DNA of 58,580 nucleotides, counting the filler, from Sphacelaria rigidula (taxonomy: Eukaryota), in assembly GCA_964200075.2 (NCBI GenBank). It is 6 parts of 6 records of this genome, joined end to end, with 100 filler letters (N's around TTAATTAATTAA, not from the genome) between each part and the next. Parts side by side here need not be neighbours in the genome. Positions count along the whole stretch, not along the records: positions 1 to 9,682 come from CAXNAA020007973.1; positions 9,783 to 19,463 come from CAXNAA020007974.1; 4 more parts are not named here. One strand, 5' to 3'. Below are positions 1-13,003 of the stretch, in pieces; the stretch's first letter is position 1, and each line of letters starts with the position of its first letter. The position numbers and the translations under genes are program-made. A model generated the notes under the pieces. It was given only the letters and a program-made list of their open reading frames with translations, did not search any database and was not told the DNA's origin.

Positions 1-785
1 ATGCTCCCAGCAAAATAAGAAACCCAGCCTCAGGCCGATTTTTCAGTTTCTTACTAGCGGGCCGGTACTGTAGGTGCAAGATTTACACTAAGCACAACCA
101 TTACTGGTGGAATACATTAAACTGTCACTCTCACCAATAAACAATACTATAGCGTATACGTAGTATTCTAGTCTGGCATCCTGGTGCAGCGTTGACCATG
201 CACTGGGAGAAGGCAAATGCAACGCCCGAGTGTAATCGGAATATGACCAAATGTACACAGCAATACAATAAACTGACCAGCGGGGAATAGCCGTGGGGAC
301 GATAGCCGTCTGCGAAGAAGTAACTGGCGGTGATGCACACCTCTGGATAAAAACCCTTTTCGAGCAGGAATAGTGCGGGAAAGGACTTTTGTGTGAATTT
401 CTAGGATAACTACTGTAACTTCGTGGACGAAACGTATAGTAAATACTCATGCAGAGGATCGCACTCGCACCAAGAGGTCATATCTATGGACTGTTCTTGC
501 AATCAAGGAGAATTTTTGGTCAACCAAGAATACTGCCGGTCCGTACTTCGCATGTGCAAAATCTCTTGAAAGTGACACAGAAAAGAACAAAAGATTGACC
601 CTCCGAGTGCCCAAGACCTTCCATAGTCCCTCACTACTCTCAGGCGGTACAATGCAAGCAAAGTCGACCGCTTGCTAGTCGGACTCAACCTTGCAGGTGT
701 ATGGGATCCTACCCATCGGAGGAGGGATGGTACAAGCTGATTTTCCCCGCCGTCAGGCAAGGCCGGCCTTGAATAGGATCACCTT

Positions 786-3459
786 TCATCTGGCGGATGA
801 CATTACTGTGTTGGGATATACGTTCGTTTCGAGGGGATACGAAGCGGTGTTCTTCATGAAGAGACAAACGCCTACACAAGTGTACAACAGCACGCGTTGG
901 TATCACCATTAACGACTACAGTTTGACTGCAGCCGAGGCGTAGCGGGTGCCGCCATTGAGCCAAGACCGAGCCCGGCAGCATACACAACACAATGGTTCC
1001 GAATGACGAGTCCTGACACCCACCCCCTAAACCATAGCAGCAAGTTCCTGCAAGGCTATCGGCTACGAGTGATCTGCGCGCGGAATTCCCTTGATTGCCC
1101 ACGTTCAACTGGCGTCCAGCTATGCCTACGCTAAAGGTCACTCTCCGGGAACCGATGATAAGTTGAACCTCACGTCCAATTCTTGCCCCTAGCCCCCCTC
1201 TATCATTTCTGCCAAATCGCGGGTGTCAAATTCGGCGACGTTTAACCCCAGTGGTATCGCGATCCATCATCGGGGTACCATCGCATTCATTCGAATCTTA
1301 CAAGTTCTCGGGTACCTGCAAAGTCTGGGTCAACTACATACACCCAAGGATGCTAGAGTTAGACATCGACACCCAGTTGTGTGTGGGGGGTGGGGTTGGG
1401 GGGGGAGGGGGGGGGGGTGCTTACTGTAAGAAAAAGCCGAAGAGCATGGTAAAAATCATGGCACCATTGCTCACCTTATTGGCCGATAAGATACAGGCAC
1501 TTGTGTGAATAAGCCGCCCTACTTTCGTGTTCTGCTGAAGAGCTCTCTGCTTGAAAATTCTTCATGTGCGTCAAACCCTTGAGGCCAATCCCGGCCCAAA
1601 CACCAACCAACGGGGAACCAAGAATCCTCGGGCAAAGGGATACATAGCGGTGTCCTCGGCGAAGTATACGACGGCAGAGCTCAAGCCGGCGCGGATTCGA
1701 GCTGGAATCGAACACTGAGCAGGAGACACATATGCTGCGCACGCTATTAATAACATTTGCTTGGGGTACTGACCACCCCATAAGAACAAATGAAGCCTGA
1801 ACATGGTCGATGTGATTTAATTCGTGACAACTTCGACACTGGGTCTTTGCGTCTATCACAGGTACTGTGCGTATTTATCGTTCAACCGTACTCGTCCCTT
1901 CCGACCGTTTTCTAAACTATTCTGATTTTGGGAAACTCAGTACATGCTGTATACTCACCGCATCCACGTAAGTGCTGATCTTGGTCGTAGCGACGAGGAC
2001 GTTGATGTCTCGAGGCTCTCCCGCTCCCTTCCTCGATCCTTGCCACTCGTCTTCCTCGTCTACAGCGGCGGCAACCGTACTGCCCCCGCGTAGCTTCGTC
2101 AAGATTCTTGTGTCAAACAGATGCCGGGATGAACGACCGCTCTAGGTGTTTGTTGACCGTTTTTTTGGCGTACAATGAACATGGTACGGTTGCAGGCATG
2201 AAAGGCACGTTAGTTTGCCGTGTGGAGAGGTTGAACATGGGCGTTCGACGCGTACAGTATAGAAGAAATACGGCGAGCCTTGAGAGGAAGGGCGTCGGCT
2301 TGCCTCGATGCACGGTCTGTAAAGTAGCTGTATTCCACCTTCCACGCCAATGCACTCTGTATCCTGAATTCATCTTGATCGCGAAGAAATTGTCTCCCCC
2401 TTGTTCAAAACCCCCAAAACAAAAACACACCAGACCCCCTCACCCAAAACATATTGTACTCGTGATGTGCAGTAGTCGTGCCTTGATATCTCTGTCTCCG
2501 TCTCCTGTCCGCATTACATATCACAGATGGTACATGAACGAAATCTCGCCAACGGAAAGAGTGACTAATGATGGGAATCTGCCTGTCCGACCGGAGTTTC
2601 CACCACTTCACATCCACATTGCGGACACAACAGTACCGTAGTTTACCGGTAATACGAGGAAGGGGTGACAGGTGCCGTTACATGCACAAGAGGCCCAGTC
2701 CGACACGTAAGCCACCCACTATCGTCCTCTGTCTCTGCGGAACAGCCCACACCTGCCAGGTGCTTCTATCAAAAGTAGGTGATATTATCATGACTTCGTT
2801 CAAACAGCTGGCGATACCGACGGCTCTACTGCAACTTTTATTTGGAATGATAAGAATCCACCGACTGCTCTGTGCATCGGGGGATAACACCCCCTCCAGC
2901 GACAACGATTTCAAACCTGATATCTCAAGAGAACAGGACCCTGCACAATTGACAGCCCTTTTTGGCCAAGAAACTCTCAACAAAATGTTCCAACTGTCAG
3001 CATTCCCTGTGATGGTCATTAGTTTTCGAGGAAATCAAGATAAAAAATCCAGCAGCCTGGGGGTGTTATACAACATCGTTGACGTTTACGGACAGTGCCC
3101 GTTTTGCCACGTGCCTACTAACTCACCCCTGCGGACACATCCAACGCATATCGCCATCGAGACCTCCGAGACCGTCGGAGGCAGCCTTTCTTCCATTCAT
3201 TTCCGCGATCAGAATCATGGGAAGCAGGAGAAGAAGCAGTAGTAGTCTGATCTTTGATCATGGCAAGTAGCTTGCTGCTGTCGCTGTCAACAGGCGGGGC
3301 ACCGCCCCTTGCAGTGGAGAGCAGCTCGTGTTGTTGACGGTGTCGAACTACCGGCGCAGTTTTCTTGAGATGTGTAGTGAAGGCTTGTGCGCACATTTTT
3401 TCTTGTGAAAAAAATGCTAGGCACATCACGAGGGATAGGGCTTGCGTTGATCCTGCCAT
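786..3459 (-). CDS. Putative multi-exon membrane protein with a signal peptide and plastid-type presequence; weak mitochondrial-carrier (SLC25)-like motifs
   Basis: First exon 3459-3127 reads MAGSTQALSLVMCLAFFSQEKMCAQAF... and ends at GTGAGT. Downstream AG/GT-bounded exons 2399-2339, 2106-1959, 1714-1577, 1474-1425, 1208-1024 and 871-786 join in compatible phases and end in TGA. The link from exon 1 to 2399 (probably via an exon near 2750-2870) is not phase-resolved. Confidence 0.4.
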
Positions 3460-5351
3460 TCTGTCGGAGGAGAACAAGACGGACGGGCGTACACGCGGGG
3501 TACCGGGTAACAAAACATGCCATAATGGAAAATGACTCATAGATTTGCAAAGTGGTGGAGATGTCGGCGAGATATCCCCGGCCCGTCAGTCTCTCCGTGC
3601 TCTGTGCGGCAGGAGTAATCGAGCCATCATCCTTTTTGCAAGAGGTCGGTCGCTAAAGGGGGATCTTGGAGTTCCGTTCTGCAATCCCAGTGAGTGTATG
3701 CCCTATTGATTCTATTCTTGCCGCCATAGTGTCTTGTTCTCGGGGGAGGCAGTGGAATATCTAACGTGACAACAAGTCAGGCCCACCACGACCGCATTTT
3801 GTGTCACCATTTCGTCATATCACCATATCTTGAGCTGCCCTGTGCTTTCGCCACAGCAGTCGTGTCACAGTCGTGGTTGTGAAGGTTGGCCATCGGGCGT
3901 GGATACACGCAGGTGTAAGTCCGTTTGATTCGAATGTCGACCCTTTTCCAGCTCGTATCTTCATATTGATCGATGGCAAGTGGATGTTTTCCGCCGTCCT
4001 CCCGTGGAGGCATGATAGCCGTGACCCTAGTAAGCACACCCTACTCTACAGCTGTGCAGAGACTTATGGCACAGCTGCGTCGAGCAATGGGAACGTGTGC
4101 TGTGAAGATGATCCATTCATCCAGTAAACTGAAAAGCTTGGATGCGCACAGTCCTTACGAACAGCCTGTCCGGGATGACACACTGTACTTGTCGCGGAAC
4201 AATCGTGGCGTGACAGTCCACCTCACGGATATACCGTGGCGTGGCGTTCTTGTATGAGTTATCATACACCCCGTATGATACTACTCTGGAGTGTATGATA
4301 CACGTAATGCTGTACTCGTACCCATCATGATATCTTGAGCTGCCTTTTGCTTCCGCTACCGGTAGCACAGGAATATAGTAGCAGCAGCGGTACAAGTGGA
4401 AACTCGACAACAGACTTCGAAACACGCAGGGACAGGCATGTGTACTGTCTGTACACTACAATAATGTCGCCAACCTTCCCATCGGCTCACCCCCTCCTAT
4501 CGATGGTTGTCAAGCAAAGTACGCGAGCCGTGACCTCAACACTCCGACCAACGGTAGTCTTCACCACTTGGTCGATTAGAACCTTCCCGGAATTTTATAA
4601 CTTGATTTGAGTCTAAACACCGATATTCGGATCTTAAGCGGGGCTGACAGCCCCAACTGCCCCTCGCGTGCGCACGTTTTCGTCAAATCGGAGTGGCTGC
4701 AGCATCTACGAGGATACCAAAAGGCGTTCAAACCCTGCACGTGGTAAACCACAACGCAATTGTGCTTTGTGTTAATCGCTCTCCCTCTACAGGGTGTATC
4801 AATCGCCTTGGCTGAAAAGCTGATGGTTGTGGGTGTCCACGCTTGGAGCTGACTACTGAGAGGGGGTGTACTTATCTCTGTTATTTTCTCGTGTTCACAG
4901 CCGTCCGTTCTGACGACCTTTGCTCTTTTGTGAGGCATGTGGTGTTCCTTTTGAAGGTCATGTAGGCTCGTTTCTTTTTTCATTATTCAAAAGAGACTGA
5001 AGTGCTTCGGTTGAAGCAGTCACTATCCACGGTATCATTTGCATTGGACCCAGACAAGAAACCATCGTGGGAAGAGAGGTAATCACAATGAGGGCGTGTG
5101 GCTGGCGCATCGCTTTGAGCGTTGATCCATGAGCGGGCTTAGTATCGCTACAGCTGACAGGATCCATTGCTGCCTCCTCGCCAATTTGATGCCGTACCCC
5201 CTATAATTATCATGAGACAACAAGTGCCAAAAAAAGTTGTAGCCATGCCGATAACCGCCGTTTCAATCCATACAGCGCACAGAGCGCCTAGCGACACCAC
5301 ACCTGTCGCTTCGACACTCATCTGTGGCATCATCCATCATATACTCGAGGT

Positions 5352-5680
5352 TTCACCCGGTGGTGTAATGGTCCGACTGTCGCCATTAGGTTGGAGATAA
5401 CGAGGATTCGATCCCCGATGCGTTGAGTTTTCTCTTGTAGTATCTGATTTCCACCGTGGAAAACATGAGAACGTGAGCAAACGAAGTAGTTGACTGAATT
5501 TTTGTGACCTGAGTTAACGCGGTGCGGGAATGCTGACCCAATCCTGCGCGTAAAATGCAAGGCGTGTACCGGGGGAGAGATGGACTGATCCCTTGAGACC
5601 ACGGAGTCGTCCCGAGGAAGGGGAGGGGTTCGAAGTGCGACAAATGAGTGAAAAAATAATGAAAATGAAATAGAAATGAG
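5352..5680 (+). mobile_element. tRNA-derived SINE (family A)
   Basis: A-box TGGTGTAATGG at 5361 and B-box-like GGATTCGATCCC at 5404. The body is shared with 38325-38610 (minus) and the end is A-rich. Confidence 0.7.
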
Positions 5681-5989
5681 TCACCATAATCACACACAAG
5701 GTGCGCCTTTTGTCGACTGATCCCAACGCTCCAACTATACCGCTTCCATATTATCGAAAATGAACACAACACCGGAAAACACATCGAAGTGGTCATCAAC
5801 AATATGCGTGCCCTCTCCGAATCTCGTAGGCATGTATGCGCGGGTCTGACAATCCGATCCTACACTTGGGCAAAAGTACCAAGACTGAAGAAAAGAACAA
5901 GAGGAAAATGTCAACCCAGGGCGTAACTGAATTGATTCGTGGTTTGCAGTGATGGGGCAGGTACTGTACCCTTTTGCAAGGTTGTGTTA

Positions 5990-6190
5990 TGTAGGGTATA
6001 TACCCGGAAACGGGGGATGTTTGGTTGGAATACTAAGCCACACCGAAATGTGTACCAAGCATGCCGGTATGGTCCGGCAGCGTACCGAGCCGTGTTCCGA
6101 AGAATCGGGTATGTTATGGAAGGGCGTTTACATATGAAGTACCTCGTCTATATTCCTGTACTACCCGTACATCATTCGGTATACCCTACA
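5990..6190. repeat. Small element bounded by an 11-bp inverted repeat (MITE-like)
   Basis: TGTAGGGTATA (5990-6000) is the exact reverse complement of TATACCCTACA (6180-6190). Only one copy occurs in the window. Confidence 0.35.
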
Positions 6191-7629
6191 GACCTCACCC
6201 TTCACTTCTGCGTCCATCATACGTACCATGATTGAAGAGAACGGTTGTCCTAGGACGTTGCCGACACTCGATGTTCCTGTCCACCTCCACTATCCACGCA
6301 CATTCCGTGCACATTCTATTGATACTGTGCCTCCCGAGAATTTTATCAGAGAGAAGATATTTTTTTATGTCAACAGCGGCCGAGATTGACTCCAATTGAT
6401 GCATATCGCTCTTCGCTGCACAGTAGTCATAACAACTATTCTTCAACTATTCCCGTGTACGAATGATAACCCTCTAACTGGGACGACAGGTTGCAATCCA
6501 CAGCAGATCCATCTAGCCGAAGAAAGGGAAGACCCTGCAAGGGACACCCAGAATAAAGGTCGACATGTCATTCCGAGACTTGCCTCGCCGAGAAAAGGGT
6601 AAACTGGCTCCTTGGCCGCTGGGGGACCCTAACAAGGAGGTGGTGTACAAGCTTGTCACTTGCCGTGGGCTTCCCCAGAACGCCGTGCACGATGTGAGTG
6701 GTTGCTGTGGTGCTGGGTGGTGGCCGTGTGTGTATGTGTGTATGCATTCATTAGCACTTGACTGCACTTTGATTGTCCTGCATCCATTAATAGCCATGGT
6801 TACGAGATGGACGGAGGTTAGTGAGACAAGGTATGCGAAAACTAATCGCTAAAGGTAAACTCGTATAGGGGAGCAGGGAAAAAATGAGAAAAGAGGCAGG
6901 AGGAGACGGGCCGAGAACAACTCAGACAGGCGTCGGTCTTGAACGCCATGATTGTGCCGGTTCAGATGTGCTGTTGTGAAACAGGTGTTGTGGAAAGGAA
7001 GAAGCAGTGGCGGGACTCATTGTCTCGATACGAGCCCCCTGCAGAGTATGCGGCCCTCTGTCTCTTGTCATGAAAGGGTCTACCTCGCTGTACCCTACAT
7101 CGTCCAAATCATGAACAGCAAGAGATGACATAAGGTGTCCGCAATTTTTCGAAGGGGTCAATTTTTTATTACGTAACCCGACCACGGTACATGTTGTATA
7201 AGACCTGCGCATCTGTTCGCGCAGTACACTACTGTAGCCCAGGAAGATGATTGATGATTAGGCTGTGTCTCGTCGAGGCAGAAGTAACTGTCTTTTCAAA
7301 AGAGGAGTTACCTGTCTGCGCACACAAAATTTGAAAATTCGCTGAGTCTGTGGAAGTCGGTCCGGCGGAAAGCAGATAGTCTGTTTGCATGAAGGGGAGT
7401 ATTGTATCTCGAGGGCGAGTAGGGACCCGTAGTAACAGGTGGGCGGATTCACTGATCGTCGCACATGAACTGTTTGGCTATCAATCTAGCTGTCTCATTA
7501 TGAGTGAACGACATGAAGTGGGGTGAAACAGTCTTGGTCAAAATCATGGTACAAATAGTTGCGCTTCTGCAGTGACGCCGGCCAAGCTATACATAAAAGG
7601 GGGGTGATATGTAATATTCTATTATGTAG

Positions 7630-7799
7630 TGCTTCTGATCCCCACGGTCGATCAATTCCCCGTGTTGTTTCTGGCGTCTCCCGAGCAGGAGGCTGTGCTA
7701 AACGAGCTGATCGACACGTTCGAGACGAGAGATGACGACGTCTTCGTCTGCACTTACGTAAAATCTGGGACTACCTGGACGCAGCAAATCATCAACTTG
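7630..7799 (+). CDS. Sulfotransferase (aryl/cytosolic type) exon with the 5'-PAPS-binding loop; partial gene
   Basis: Bounded by a TAG acceptor and a GTACGT donor. Encodes ...FETRDDDVFVCTYVKSGTTWTQQIINL, matching the DDVF..TYPKSGTTW signature of Sulfotransfer_1. Confidence 0.85.
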
Positions 7800-8049
7800 G
7801 TACGTTATTATCGTCATTTTTTACTCGAATTGTTGGAGGTACCCTCCCACCCCGCTCCTCCTCCCCGCTCCCCCCGACCCCCGAGACCCCTCGAGACACC
7901 CCCCCCGCCCCGGTCGNNNNNNNNNNAAAAATCGGGGCTCCCCGGGCCGCAAAAAAACCTAAATTTGGTCCTTTTTTTTGTCTTTTTTTTTCCCAATTTT
8001 TGGGGGGACCCCCCCCCCCCCCCCCGCCCCCCCGGCACCCAGGAGACGT

Positions 8050-8350
8050 GTGTAAGCCGTGGCTGTCTCAGTAAGTGGCGATACCAGAAAATGAAGTAAC
8101 TCATCGGAGGCTGCCATCCGTGTGCAAGATAATTAGTACGCTCCGGGCCGAAGAATCTTAGCAGGATGCAGCTCAACCCTCATGCGACCCGCTGAACACA
8201 CCACGGCGCTTCGCGCTTGGTGATTGATTACGAGGCTGGTTCGGCGAAAACCCGGCGTGCTCCCTCCCGACTTTGTAGGGATGCGGGGTCAATGGTCTTA
8301 TGACTATGGCATGCATGAGCATAGTTTGTGTGTGTGTGTGTGTGTGTGTG
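8050..8350 (+). mobile_element. Retroposon-like repeat ending in a (TG)n tail
   Basis: 8050-8202 is clearly homologous to 9538-9682 (aagccgtggct...ttagcaggatgcagctcac...). A (TG)n tract occupies 8327-8350. Confidence 0.55.
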
Positions 8351-9034
8351 CTCACGTATCAAAGAGCCAGGTCTACCGTGGTACTCATACCTTACATGTT
8401 GTTGACGTACATGAGTTAGTCAAACAGGCCTGCGAGAGGTCCCTCCCCGGGTCAGTATACAATGTAGACAGCGCCATTTTATACCCTCGCGCCGGAGAAA
8501 CAAGGCGGTGGTGTCGGAAAAAAAGGGTATTCACCTCGTGGTGGCTACAAAAGGGGTACCTTGTGGATTTCAGCCACTCTGAGGGACATGGAGCAGCACG
8601 GCGAATGTTCACCCTGGCACTCACATTGCCAGTCAAACTTTTCGCCGTACTTTGAGTGCCTTCTCTCCGTCGAAATAATTTCCCGAGACGGAATTTTCTG
8701 TTTGTTGTACGGTGTGTATACGTCTGACATTTCGGCAGCAATCGCGGAGTAGATCAGTATTCACGATCAGCGTCGACTTTCGATTTTGTTCTTGTCTACA
8801 AGTCAGGACCTCACTTTTTTCAACGGCGAGAACTGTAGACGTTCCCACGAGGAAGTATTTTGTTTGGTTGTTTGGTTGTTTTTGTTCTCAATCTGGAGTC
8901 TTGGAAAAAATTGTGAGAACTACATATTTTGTGAGGGATAGCGGTGACGGTGAGTGGGAAGACTAGTCTATGTCTGTGACCACGGGTTCAAGAGATGAGA
9001 CTAATGTGCGGAAATAATCATGATGACAACAGAA

Positions 9035-9093
9035 GAAGTAGTAGTACCTACTACTACTATTACTACTATAATAATCACAATCACAATCATAAT
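9035..9093. repeat. Compound microsatellite (TAG/TAC/AATCAC)
   Basis: Directly visible low-complexity tract. Confidence 0.7.
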
Positions 9094-9537
9094 CCGTGAC
9101 CATGATAACAGAATCGAGAAATATCTGCCATGAGTATAATCATTCTGGCCTAGCCGCTCGCAAGATGTAACATTTTAATTCATAGCACTGGGGCGTAACG
9201 AGTGCGATGCACGTGTACAGCGAGTAGGTACCGCGAGTTACGACTAGCAGCGCTGGACTCTTTCACCCTTGACAGCCGTCTTCAGTCCCCCCTCCTCCCC
9301 CCTTTGACCTTATGCGGTTGGCGTCGGTTGGCGATGACGCGATATAACACGCCACACTGCCTAAAGCTAGGCAACCAGGTTACCGATTAGTTTTCCGCGC
9401 TTGCGTTTTTTTTTTTGCGGTAACCCATGACGGTAGTCGAGCTAGATTATGTTGTGCGGCGTGGGAGAACCTCAACCCCGCACAATAAGGATGATCTTAC
9501 TACGTAGTTGTGTATGGTGAGATACCCATGATGCAGT

Positions 9538-9682
9538 GTATAAGCCGTGGCTATCTCTGGTAGTGGCGATACCAGAGAATGAAGCAACTCAATTGGAGGG
9601 TGTGCAAGGTAATCTGTAGGCTTCGGGTCGAACAATCTTAGCAGGATGCAGCTCACCCTTCATGCGACTCGCCGAAAACACC
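9538..9682 (+). mobile_element. Second copy of the 8050-8350 repeat, cut by the contig end
   Basis: Direct similarity to 8050-8202. Confidence 0.6.
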
Positions 9683-9782
9683 NNNNNNNNNNNNNNNNNN
9701 NNNNNNNNNNNNNNNNNNNNNNNNNNTTAATTAATTAANNNNNNNNNNNNNNNNNNNNNNNNNNNNNNNNNNNNNNNNNNNN
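9683..9782. other. Artificial contig spacer
   Basis: 44 N + TTAATTAATTAA (stops in all six frames) + 44 N. Confidence 0.98.
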
Positions 9783-11370
9783 GGGGGGGGGGGGGGGGGG
9801 GCGCGTTATCGCGGCTTCGATGCTCGCCATCGATGTTCTCCCAGTTAATGGGCGTCGAAGATAAACGCCGATAAACTTGGAAAACATCGACTAACAGGCC
9901 GTTGGCACGATAAGTTATAACTTAACTGGCCAGAGCCGCCAACTCACAGCTCCACCTTTCGTACTGGTGTGTGCTAGGGTATACTGAATTACGGGTATCT
10001 TGCTTTTTGTCGGTAGTGAGGAAAGTACCTCAAGAAGGCCTTATTCTCCCTGTTTTTTTGTCAGCATGCGTACTTGAACAATGCCCATCCACGGCCCGCC
10101 TGTGCGTCAGCAGCTCAAGAGCGAGGAGATTTCGCTGCCCTCGGTTTTATCGTTCGGACGCGGGTCTGCAAAACAGGGCTGATGTGAAGACAATACGTGC
10201 TTGTGTACTTACGACAGTACTGCCTGTGTAGTGGCACTGTACTGTACCGTACTAGTCAGCCATCAGTTCGGGCAAATGCTTTGGATTGCGTCAGTACATC
10301 ACTGGCAAGGGTACAACAGCGAATGTAGGGACGCCGCGGCGGGAGAAATTTTACATTTGTTTTTCGTTGGACATTCCTCATTCCTCATACGCTGACCGTT
10401 TCCAGGGTGGTATCCCACGTTGCAAATCATGTACAGGCTGGGCGGTGTTTCAGACTATGGCGCCTTCACGGTCGCATCAGAAAACCCGGCGCATGTGCAA
10501 GGCATTTTGTGCGTGTACAAGGCATACCAAGCACAATAAGATCGGCATAGCACATACCCCCAACTCGTTTGGGAAATACCAGACGTGCTGGGATGTGCAT
10601 CGTTTCGAACAAATGAGCTGGACCGTGGGGTAGGTGCGAGTCGGTGCCAGAAATAAGTGACATGCGCATCGATTGTGATCTACGAATACTGTAGATCTGT
10701 AATAAGTCATTGGCGATGACCCGCTCATGTGGCAGAGCCAGCTACCTGACGCTCTACAGTGTCTCTCATCACATGGACGGAGCCGCACTGGCGAATGCAA
10801 GGAGCCCGCGGTGGTGCGGGGTACTACTACTGTACAATCAGAAAAGCAGCAGCCGCCAACAGTACAGCAAGAATGGCCGACGGAGTTCAACTTTGCTTTG
10901 GTTCAGAACCAACCGAGTGCTCTCGTAGTGCGGACATTTATTTCATCACTGATCAACTATCTGACTATTCCCAGATTTCCGCGCCGGCCCAGCTTGCCGT
11001 GCAAAAGTTTGGTTGTTGTCGTTTTTTTCTTGTGTCGGGGATACCTGTTGGCGGTTTCACCTTCACTGCTGCGCCTGAAACTTGGTGAGATCCAGCGCAC
11101 TGGGCAAGATTAAAACGAGCATAAAATATTTTCAACCATTTTTCCCGACCATCTGGTAAACTCTGTTGGACTGGCTCGTGATACGGCCGTAGAAACTAGT
11201 TCAAGACGGTACTCGTGCACATACCAGATACACACAGTACAGCTCTGTATTATAGTACTGTACGACAGTCAGTGAAGTACAGTACGCAATACAAGTGCAG
11301 TAGGATTTTTACTTTCGGCGTGTGCGATCAAGTGTCACTCGAAGATTTCACCGCATAATGATTCACCCAC

Positions 11371-13003
11371 CTCCGCGAACAATTTGCAACAACAGTATTA
11401 CGCTGTACTTGGGATGGGTGGCGTGACGTAACATGAACCCCGTGGCCTCCATAACCATCCCTGGCTTCTCGTCCGTTCCAAGGCAGACCCCGTAGTTGGT
11501 CACAGGAGTGCACGATGCACGGTCGCCCGTGGCAATGATGTGACCTAGAACGAACAACACGTCAGCATTGCACGTCAATACCCGTACTGTACTCAAATAA
11601 AGTTTTCCATGGAACTAATCCCTGGGCTGCTGCAAAAACAGTGTATTACTTGAGATCATGCTTGATCGGGGAGAGACGATGGACACTGCTGCCTTCGGGA
11701 TAATCAAGCCAGGTTGGAACAGTTGTTCACATGGTTACTGGGGAGGGATGGATGGGGAGGGAGACGAATTTGCGATGTCGGACATCATAAAGATCCACAC
11801 TACTCGAAAAACGCACAGTAATCTGATGGTCCGATTCAAGATACACTCGATAAAAAGAGGCGATCCTGAAAACTGAGAACGAAATTTTGTACACAGTAGT
11901 ATGAGCCGATCGCGCCCCACGGTGGCTCAGTTGGTTTCCTCGAAACCTCCTGATGGTTTGGTCGTGTGTTCGAATCTCGGTACGGTCACACAACCCGGGA
12001 TTACTCCTCACCCACTGCCTAAAAATGGAGGGCGACCATGTCGTGGGTATGCAAAAGTTGAGTTTACAGTCGGCGAGGGAACAGGATTATTTACTGAACC
12101 TCGCGACAAAAAATCAGGCAAGCACCGCAGAAAACAGGTAGAGTACTAAACAAAAGACAAGAGACAAAACTCCTGTGGTGATCCCGGCTGATGCGCCCAC
12201 ATATACCGACAGGTGTAGAATGGCGTCCAGACTAGAGGGGACGACAACACTCACATGAGGAAGAACTGAGGTCTCAACTGTAGATGGTATTTTACCCAGT
12301 GCCCGTGAAACTTGCCTCGAAGACAACCGTTGGCGGATATTAGGTTCTTCATCAAGTATAATTTAGAGCTCTGTTCGTTTCCATAGGACAAACTATTTTC
12401 CCGTTTCAGGATCGCCAGTTCGATCTTACTCCCTCTCCATCACGTTCAACACCCACCACCTTCGCCTCTCAAGATTACTCGGAAGAACGACGCACGATTG
12501 CATATATATCATCATGCCTCACTGCAATAAACGCGCGTTACTCGGAACATATCCGAGCTCCAAGCTAGGTACACTACAACCTTCCGTTGAAGAGCGCAAC
12601 GGCAGACACAAAGCAAGTGCTCACACTACCTAGTGGCTTTTCGATTTTGTAGCGCTCGGTTACACACAAGAAGCGGGAGACATACCACCGCCACCTACTA
12701 CATGCATGTACTCTCTCACGCACCCTCAAGCGGCCGCGTTGTACGCCCGAGGTGGTGCTGGTCAACGCCGTAGGTTGTGAACGGCTCCCCCTCGATCGAT
12801 TCATCCATAACAAAGTAGACCTCCTCAGGGTGATGCCTGTTGTGTCCATCAGAATCCCCTGTTACTCGTTCGCCGTCGCCCTCCTGCCCATCCGCACTGT
12901 CATTGGTACCTAGTCCTTCTTCTTGTGCGAAAGCAACCTTCCTAAAAGCACTGAGGGCGAAAAAGACGGCACCCCAGCACGCCAGATGTTGGAGTACCCT
13001 CAT
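11371..13003 (-). CDS. Secreted or membrane protein of unknown function, first two exons
   Basis: Exon 13003-12724 reads MRVLQHLACWGAVFFALSAFRKVAFA/QEE... (signal peptide) and ends in phase 1 at GTGCGT. Exon 11544-11371 starts in phase 1 after CTAG and stays open (GHIIATGDRASCTP...ILLLQIVRG). Further exons toward about 10500 are likely but unresolved. Confidence 0.55.
11914..12255 (+). mobile_element. tRNA-derived SINE (family B) with CA-rich tail, intronic
   Basis: A-box TGGCTCAGTTGG at 11923 and B-box GTTCGAATC at 11968. The 3' part (12184-12255) matches 19564-19637. Confidence 0.75.

Noticed and set aside
2568-3242. 224-aa + strand ORF
   Set aside because: It has no recognisable domain and overlaps minus-strand exons with better start and splice signals.
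3812-4360. Short direct repeat atatcttgagctgcc at about 3824 and 4330
   Set aside because: It is too short and lacks boundaries that would define an element.
7927-8045. Apparent tandem duplication of the sulfotransferase exon end
   Set aside because: It is a homopolymer-degraded copy of 7761-7890 next to an N gap, i.e. a low-quality read overlap.
9727-9738. Recurring palindrome TTAATTAATTAA every ~9.78 kb
   Set aside because: It is a synthetic six-frame stop linker between contigs.
11914-11990. tRNA gene (also 5355-5420 and 51116-51190)
   Set aside because: Pol III boxes are present but I could not fold a full cloverleaf, and each runs into a SINE-like body.
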